NCBI GenBank assembly: GCA_965228855.1
Contig: CBDDIJ010000002.1
Location: 672,001 to 736,000, forward strand
Direction: 5' to 3'
Length of the DNA stretch: 64,000 bases
From: Candidatus Obscuribacterales bacterium
GTDB taxonomy: Bacteria > Cyanobacteriota > Vampirovibrionia > Obscuribacterales > Obscuribacteraceae
Shown: piece after piece, positions 58,195-64,000 of the stretch
Numbering within the stretch: the stretch's first letter is position 1
How the letters are laid out: every line of letters begins with the position of its first letter
Notes under the pieces: model-generated
Databases searched by the model: none
The model's input: only the letters and a program-made list of their open reading frames with translations
What the model was told of the DNA's origin: nothing
Made by a program: the position numbers and the translations under genes

Positions 58195-59757
58195 ATGTCT
58201 GGAGAAAATAAAAGGCGACTGACGACCCCGAAGTCGCGAGTAAAAGTTCACTTACTTGGGTCCGCCGGCGATGTCACCGGCTCGCTTATCTTGTTCGAGG
58301 TCTCCTCAGAGCAAGCTGTCATCAGGTTCTTGCTCGAAGTGGGCTTGCACCAGGATGACGACAACATCAACCGCTGCCATCGGTTGCCGAAAGGTTTGAA
58401 AGCGAAGGACATCAACTTCGCAATCATCTCGCACGCCCACATCGATCACTCGGGATACCTGCCGAAGCTCATCAAAGACGGCTTCACAGGCCCCGTGTAC
58501 ACGCATGCGGCGACGAAGGATCTTCTGCGCTTCCTGCTGCCGGACTCCGGAAATCTGCAAGAGCGTGCGGCGGAACGCGAGAATGAGCGAAACGGTTTCA
58601 AAACCGAATCAGGCAATGCACGCGCCACCAAAGGCGGTGCCGGGAATAGACGCAGCGCCAGAAGCACCACGTCCGGTGGCGCCACCAACGTCCGCGTCTA
58701 CCCCCTGTACACCGCTGCTCAAGCTCGTCGCAGCCTGGACTCCATCAAGACGCTTCAGTACGATCGCCTCTACAAACTGGCCGAAGGCGTCTCGTGCAAA
58801 TTCACCGAGGCGTCGCACATCCTCGGAGCGGCAGTCGTCACGCTGGTTCTCGGCAGCGGCAAATCGAAGAAGACGGTTTGCTTCACCGGCAACGTCGGAC
58901 GCAACGGCATGCCGTTCCTCAAGGACCTGACGCCGGTTCTGGAGGCGGACTACATCATCACCGAGTCTACCTACGGCAACAAGCTGCACGCTCAGCGTGA
59001 CCGCTTGGCTGTCCTGGCCGGCATCGTCAACGACGCCTACAAGCGCGCCAAGCGACGCGACCCGAAAGAAGGTTGCGGCGTAATCGTGCTGCCGGCGTTC
59101 GCGGTCGGTCGCGTGCAAACCGTAGTCTATGACCTGGCGCGCGCGATGGAGAAAGGCATGATTCCGAACATCCCGGTCTTCCTCGACAGCCCGATGGCAG
59201 TCGAGGCGACCAAGGTGCACCGGAAGCACACCAATCTCTACAACGACGAAGCGAAGAAGCTCGTCGCGCGCGGCATCGATCCATTCAGGACGCCGCAGTA
59301 CGTGGAGTGCAAAGGCTGGGCCCAGTCGCGCGCTCTGGACAAGCCGGCAAGCGAACCGATCATCCTGATCGGCTCGAGCGGCATGGCTGCGGGTGGTCGC
59401 ATCCTCGGTCACATCGAGAAACGTCTCGATCGCGCCGAGAACACCATCGTCTTCGTCGGCTACCAGGGAACTGGTGCGCTCGGTTACACCCTCGTCAACG
59501 AGAAGCCGAGCGAGGTCACGATTCACGACAAGGTCGTGAAGGTGCGCGCCAAGATCGAGTACATGTCCGATTATTCCGGACACGCGGACTACGCTGAAAT
59601 CATCGACTGGCTGAAGAAATTCCGCCGCAAACCCAAGAAGGTTTTCCTCGTGCACGGTGACTCCGAAGCGCTGACCGCGTTCAAAGGACACATCGGCGAG
59701 GCACTGCCCGACTGGAATGTCGTGATTCCGCAACCGCGAAACTGCTTCGAACTGTAA
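58195..59757 (+). CDS. MBL-fold beta-CASP ribonuclease
   Basis: HAHIDHSG, SHILG, ESTYG, PAFAVGR, SSGMAAGGR, YSGHAD, LVHG; start after AGGAAAGG. Confidence 0.92.
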   Translation: MSGENKRRLTTPKSRVKVHLLGSAGDVTGSLILFEVSSEQAVIRFLLEVGLHQDDDNINRCHRLPKGLKAKDINFAIISHAHIDHSGYLPKLIKDGFTGPVYTHAATKDLLRFLLPDSGNLQERAAERENERNGFKTESGNARATKGGAGNRRSARSTTSGGATNVRVYPLYTAAQARRSLDSIKTLQYDRLYKLAEGVSCKFTEASHILGAAVVTLVLGSGKSKKTVCFTGNVGRNGMPFLKDLTPVLEADYIITESTYGNKLHAQRDRLAVLAGIVNDAYKRAKRRDPKEGCGVIVLPAFAVGRVQTVVYDLARAMEKGMIPNIPVFLDSPMAVEATKVHRKHTNLYNDEAKKLVARGIDPFRTPQYVECKGWAQSRALDKPASEPIILIGSSGMAAGGRILGHIEKRLDRAENTIVFVGYQGTGALGYTLVNEKPSEVTIHDKVVKVRAKIEYMSDYSGHADYAEIIDWLKKFRRKPKKVFLVHGDSEALTAFKGHIGEALPDWNVVIPQPRNCFEL

Positions 59758-59764
59758 CAAGGAA

Positions 59765-59799
59765 GGGGAGTTGGCCTGGCAAGCCAACCCCCCTTTTTT
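59765..59799 (+). terminator. Intrinsic terminator of the beta-CASP gene
   Basis: GGGGAGTTGGC / GCCAACCCCCC stem plus T6. Confidence 0.8.
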
Positions 59800-59817
59800 C
59801 CTCTTTCCTCCAGCTTC

Positions 59818-59968
59818 CTACTATACTAGCCAGTATCGATTCCTGCCCGCAAATCCATCACCGGCGGAGGCTTCGAGGATCTCCCTCCGCTGCAAGTACT
59901 CCCAAAAACCCGTTTTGTCGCTCTACCGTAGACGGAATTTTGGAAATGCGTCATAGCCAGATAGACAC
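59818..59968. repeat. Dispersed 54-bp-core element, locus F (core 59915-59968)
   Basis: CTACTATA, 97-bp left arm, core TTGTCGC..TAGACAC; possible degenerate right arm to about 60069. Confidence 0.8.
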
Positions 59969-60213
59969 GAAGCTATCTTTGACTGGCAACACCACACGGC
60001 GGACTAAATGAACGGAAAACATCGGACGCTCCTGACGGAACGGTTCGAGCCATGATATCGCATATGGTGCCAGACCGAATTGCGAAGTCCGACGCAAAAT
60101 GCGACAAGCAGATAGCGCGCCTGGATGTTTTGATATTGAAACTGCAACTCAAAAAACTCTTGACGCGTGTTCGACGAAGCGCCTTCGTTTATATAGATAC
60201 GTCCGAAGCAACC

Positions 60214-60357
60214 TCAGGCGCGACCCTTCTTAAACACCGCGCCGCCAATCGCCATCACGATCCAACCGAGAAGTGGAACGGTCGGCATAAACCCAAAAAC
60301 GTTGCCGCACCAAATAACGGCACCGGCCACGAATATGATTGCGCCCAGAATCTGCAT
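60214..60357 (-). CDS. 47-aa two-TM membrane microprotein (not in the ORF track)
   Basis: MQILGAIIFVAGAVIWCGNVFGFMPTVPLLGWIVMAIGGAVFKKGRA; GAGG RBS. Confidence 0.7.
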   Translation of the reverse strand: MQILGAIIFVAGAVIWCGNVFGFMPTVPLLGWIVMAIGGAVFKKGRA

Positions 60358-60502
60358 AACTCAACCTCGGAAGTTTGGGGCGGTCTCCACTGGTCATAAC
60401 TTACCCGAAGGGCGACCACGCGAACCGCTAATCCGTCAACGAGTTTCGACACCAAATTAGGTAGAAACATTCAGGGTAACACTATGGGATAGAAACAATT
60501 GT

Positions 60503-60774
60503 TTGGCTATCCTGCAATGCCGAATTTTGCAGATTCCGGCAATGCACCGTAGACAACCGACACGGACAAAAGTGCACAAAAGCTCCTAACGACTGCCTGG
60601 ACGTGGTTTCGAGCGAAGATATTTATCATATCGCATAGTAGGAAGAATCGTGCCGAATTTTGCAGATTCCGGCAATGTACCGTAGACAACCGACAAAGTC
60701 AAATGTGCTCAAAGGCTCCTAACGACCACCCGGACGTGGTTTCGAGCGAAGAAACTTATCATATCATATAGTAG
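60503..60774. repeat. Dispersed 54-bp-core element, locus G (core 60503-60556, partial core 60651-60689; right arm x2)
   Basis: 85-bp right arms ending TAGTAG at 60641 and 60774. Confidence 0.9.
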
Positions 60775-60781
60775 CGCACAT

Positions 60782-60821
60782 AAAAAAAGGGGAGCAGGAA
60801 TCGGTTAGGATTCCTGCCCCT
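60782..60821 (-). terminator. Intrinsic terminator of 60833..62053
   Basis: GGGGAGCAGGAATC / GATTCCTGCCCC stem with A7 on the plus strand. Confidence 0.75.
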
Positions 60822-60832
60822 CTGATGAAAAG

Positions 60833-62053
60833 CTAGTCGACGTCACCTTCCTCGACTTCCGGCTGAGCCTTGATCTTGGACTCAGGCGGGTCGAGGCACT
60901 CGAACGTCGGCTTCACGAACATGGCAGGCGGCATCGCGATTCGCTCCGCGCCAGGCGCGAAGGTCTTCGTCGAATCAACCTGATTGCTCGAGTTGTAGTG
61001 CTTGATAGACATGACGCTTCCGTCCGGGTGAAGTTCAGCGTCATCGCGCTCGTACGACCAGGCGTTGTTGACGAATGAGATCACCCGATTCGGCGTCTTG
61101 CCATCAGGAGCGATACCAATCAATCGCTTCACTTCATAGATGTACGAGCCGGAGGCGCCTTTGAACTCCTCGATTTTGACGAGACGGAAAGTCGCGTCGC
61201 AAAGAGTCTTACCGCCGGTTATCGCGAAGTACTGCTTGAAGGCAGGCTTCTTGTCGGCGCCGAACTGGATGACGGTCATGCCATCGGTGCCATATTCGAC
61301 GTCGTACTTTGCGGTACCGTCCTTCTCGAAGTAATTCACCTCGATGGAGTAGGAATTCACCTTGAACTCCATGCGGGACGTGACGCCATCCTCGTAGAAG
61401 AACTTGCCGGAACGCGAACCATCGGTCTCATCGACGATCTCGGACAGCACCGTGCCATCCGCCGCATAGCGAGTGGTTTTCAGCGCATATTCGGAAACCT
61501 TTTCAGTCTTCTCGATCAGCTTGCCGTCATCGTTGAAGCTATCCTCACGCTCCAGCTTGCTGTTGTCGTCGAAGACGAGCGTGCGCTGAATGCTGCCATC
61601 CTTCGCGTTGAAGTACAGGGTCTGGTAGCCTCCGTTGGAAAGCCGACCGCCGTTGCGCTCCAGCGAACCATCCTCGCGAAAGACCTGATGGCTCTTGTAG
61701 GACGTGCCGTTGTCCGCGTAAGTCACCAGGCTGCGAAGCTGACGCTTCGACTCCCCAGCGCCAAGCGGATAGAAGGCGCGTGTTTCGATCTTCGCACCAT
61801 CCGGACGATAGGTCGTGAACGACGTGACGCCCGACCGATACTCGATCTGCATCATCTTCCTCGTGACCTTATCGTCCGCGAAATAAACATACCGAATCTC
61901 TTCACCCGCTTGCGGCGGAAGTTCGACCCGGTTCCCCGATGGAGCGGGGAAGTCCCTGGCAATATCGCCGCTGTTGTTCCCACCGCTCAAGGCGAAGAGA
62001 ACAAGCGCGATTGCGACCACCGCCAGCAAAACAAATCCGAGTTTCCTTTTCAT
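60833..62053 (-). CDS. Membrane-anchored protein with MORN/YwqK-like repeats
   Basis: N-terminal TM helix; repeated YRPDG, FREDG, YAADG units. Confidence 0.78.
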   Translation of the reverse strand: MKRKLGFVLLAVVAIALVLFALSGGNNSGDIARDFPAPSGNRVELPPQAGEEIRYVYFADDKVTRKMMQIEYRSGVTSFTTYRPDGAKIETRAFYPLGAGESKRQLRSLVTYADNGTSYKSHQVFREDGSLERNGGRLSNGGYQTLYFNAKDGSIQRTLVFDDNSKLEREDSFNDDGKLIEKTEKVSEYALKTTRYAADGTVLSEIVDETDGSRSGKFFYEDGVTSRMEFKVNSYSIEVNYFEKDGTAKYDVEYGTDGMTVIQFGADKKPAFKQYFAITGGKTLCDATFRLVKIEEFKGASGSYIYEVKRLIGIAPDGKTPNRVISFVNNAWSYERDDAELHPDGSVMSIKHYNSSNQVDSTKTFAPGAERIAMPPAMFVKPTFECLDPPESKIKAQPEVEEGDVD

Positions 62054-62190
62054 AGTTGAATCCTTGCGTAATTCGCAAACGGAAAATCCTCGACGAGCGA
62101 CCTTGCGAAAAGCCGCTCGCCGAGCTGGCGTTCAGTCAGTCCGGCCGTTTACATACCGGACCAACTCAACGCCACTGGGACAGAGTCCCG

Positions 62191-63720
62191 TTAAAAGTCG
62201 TAGCCCCCGTACCAGTTGTACGAAGGCTGCACCGGCGGCCCGACGACGTTTCGCACATCATCAAAACCGAGCGGCCTGGTCAGGTTAGTCGGAACGGTCT
62301 CCCGCTCGACACCGGTCACCTTCGTGTTCGTCGTCTCGCTCATGGCGTTGGGCGGGTAAACGTAGGTGTCATAGTTGTCGGTCGTGCCGTCCTCGCGAAC
62401 GTTCACAACCTTCAAGAACCGCCCGACGTCGTCGAGATAATCGACTCGTTCGAGCTTACCGGTCTTGTCGTTGAAGCGGAGACGACGGGAAACATAACCC
62501 GCGGCGTCGACTTCCTCGAGCTGCGTGAGCAAGTACTTGTCCTTGCCGTTCGCGTCCTTACCAACCACCTTCCAGGTCTGCCGATAGGCTACCTGAGGGG
62601 TTTTACCGTCGACGGCTTCGGGTTTCTTGACGCCGGCACCGTCGCGATAGACGGTCACTTCCATGCTGTTGTCGTAAGGCTGGAAGACGCGATAGTGGTC
62701 GATCGAGCCATTGTCCTTGAAGTATAGAACCTCGATTCGATACGACCGGTAGACGATGTACTTGAGCGAGCGACCATCAGCCTTGTAGAACTCGATGTCC
62801 TCGTAGCCGGTCTGGTGCTTGAAAGTGCGCCTGGAGCGGATGCCGTCGGAGCCGAAAGTGACAGTGACCTCGTCCCCGTTTTCGGACTTGCGCGTGAGGC
62901 TGTCGGACGGAACACCGCTGACGACACGCATGTAGACGACGTCGCCATCATTGTTGAATTGCTGGACGCGAGCGAGCGAACGCCCGTCCTTCAAATACTC
63001 CAACAGCTCGAACTCGCTCTTCGAACGCTGCCTGCCGAATGCTGCCATCGTGCCGTCTTCTCGGAAGAAGCTCGACCTGACAATGGTTTTGCCGTCGGCG
63101 GCGTATTCGATGGAACGCTTGACCTTGCCGAACTTCGTGGGCGGGTCGTAGATCTTTGCAGTGTAACCGGTCGAGAGGGCCTCCTCCGGCGTCTGCGCAG
63201 ACGGCAGCGGTGCGACACCACCAGTGGTATCGGAACCATTTGCCGGAGCAGCCGTTCCTGAGCTTGAAACAGCAGGCGCGGCTCCCGCGGCAGGCACATT
63301 GGATATTGCGTTCGAGCCAGAAGAAGACGGCGGAGCCGGCGATGCGTTCGGGTCGGCGCTGGTCACCGCGGTCGGCGCAGGAACAGTCGGCAACACCTCG
63401 TGCGGCGGAGCCACAGTCAAGCTCGGATCCGGATACCACTCGGTCAAAACCTTGATGGTTCCGTCTTCGCGATAGAGCGAAATCTGTTTACCACCGGCGG
63501 AATAGAAGATGGTGACACGCTTGAGAAGCTGTGTGCCCTTCCAATATTCGACCTCGCGGCGGTTTTCCTTCTGACCGTCGGCGCGCAGATACAGCTCGCT
63601 GTCGAGCTTCTGCGCAAAGTCGGCGCGGCTTTCCAGATTATCCTTCGAGCCACCGCAAGCGGTGACGAGCAGGAGAGCGAGCGCTACAAAACCTGTCTTG
63701 GTGAAAGTTTTTCGTGACAT
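62191..63720 (-). CDS. Lipoprotein with MORN/YwqK-like repeats and Pro/Ser/Ala linker
   Basis: Lipobox LVTAC; repeated YREDGT, FREDGT, YKADG units. Confidence 0.8.
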   Translation of the reverse strand: MSRKTFTKTGFVALALLLVTACGGSKDNLESRADFAQKLDSELYLRADGQKENRREVEYWKGTQLLKRVTIFYSAGGKQISLYREDGTIKVLTEWYPDPSLTVAPPHEVLPTVPAPTAVTSADPNASPAPPSSSGSNAISNVPAAGAAPAVSSSGTAAPANGSDTTGGVAPLPSAQTPEEALSTGYTAKIYDPPTKFGKVKRSIEYAADGKTIVRSSFFREDGTMAAFGRQRSKSEFELLEYLKDGRSLARVQQFNNDGDVVYMRVVSGVPSDSLTRKSENGDEVTVTFGSDGIRSRRTFKHQTGYEDIEFYKADGRSLKYIVYRSYRIEVLYFKDNGSIDHYRVFQPYDNSMEVTVYRDGAGVKKPEAVDGKTPQVAYRQTWKVVGKDANGKDKYLLTQLEEVDAAGYVSRRLRFNDKTGKLERVDYLDDVGRFLKVVNVREDGTTDNYDTYVYPPNAMSETTNTKVTGVERETVPTNLTRPLGFDDVRNVVGPPVQPSYNWYGGYDF

Positions 63721-64000
63721 AAGACTTTTCCTCGCGATGCATTCCTTGCATCGAAGTCAAGGTGGTTTAGTAAAAAAAACTGGCTCAGGGCGTGCACCTT
63801 GGAAGTACACGTCGTGAAACAGCTTTCTTCACTTGAAAGAGAATGCCTGATGTTTCCACCAGGCAAGCCTGTCTGAATGACGGATGAGGTCGCAATTGAC
63901 TTCGCCCGTTAGCGGAAAAAGGCAGCGGCGCCACTCCAATCCAAAACGGGAGTGACGCCGCGCCTGAAACTACAGTCCAAACCGCGTCCGACCGGTCAAG

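Noticed and set aside
8901..60556. 54-bp cores as integron attC sites
   Set aside because: No RYYYAAC/GTTRRRY ends, no integrase, and no cassette array organisation

Overview
Bacterial chromosomal window with about 47 genes and no tRNA, rRNA, CRISPR array or transposase that I can detect. The gene families (Uma2, DUF4388 fused to a degenerate GGDEF, a TonB-C-like protein, a BT1 MFS) suggest a non-photosynthetic cyanobacterial relative (Melainabacteria/Vampirovibrionia); this is inference only. The left half (1-28 kb) is a metal-linked region. It holds two Rieske oxygenase paralogs, a CooC-like ATPase, a 2Fe-2S ferredoxin, a His-rich ZIP transporter, a His-rich small protein, two Fur-family regulators and many 7-1-7 operator-like boxes. 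It also holds an uncharacterised biosynthetic-looking operon (Y4yA-like PLP enzyme, cysteine synthase-rhodanese fusion, SufS-like enzyme, FAD oxidoreductase, GNAT) flanked by a ParB/Srx-motif protein, a methyltransferase, an MFS and an Asp/Asn hydroxylase. The most unusual non-coding signal is a dispersed intergenic element at 7 loci. It has an invariant-length 54-bp dyad core (7-8-24-8-7) flanked by 84-87 or 97-98 bp arms ending in CTACTA(T)/(A)TAGTAG, with local tandem amplification of its modules. Other oddities are an all-in-one phosphorelay kinase with a fused NarL output, a bacterial protein with the CRIPT cysteine skeleton, and an SDR cut by an in-frame amber codon. All family assignments come from recalled motifs, not database searches.
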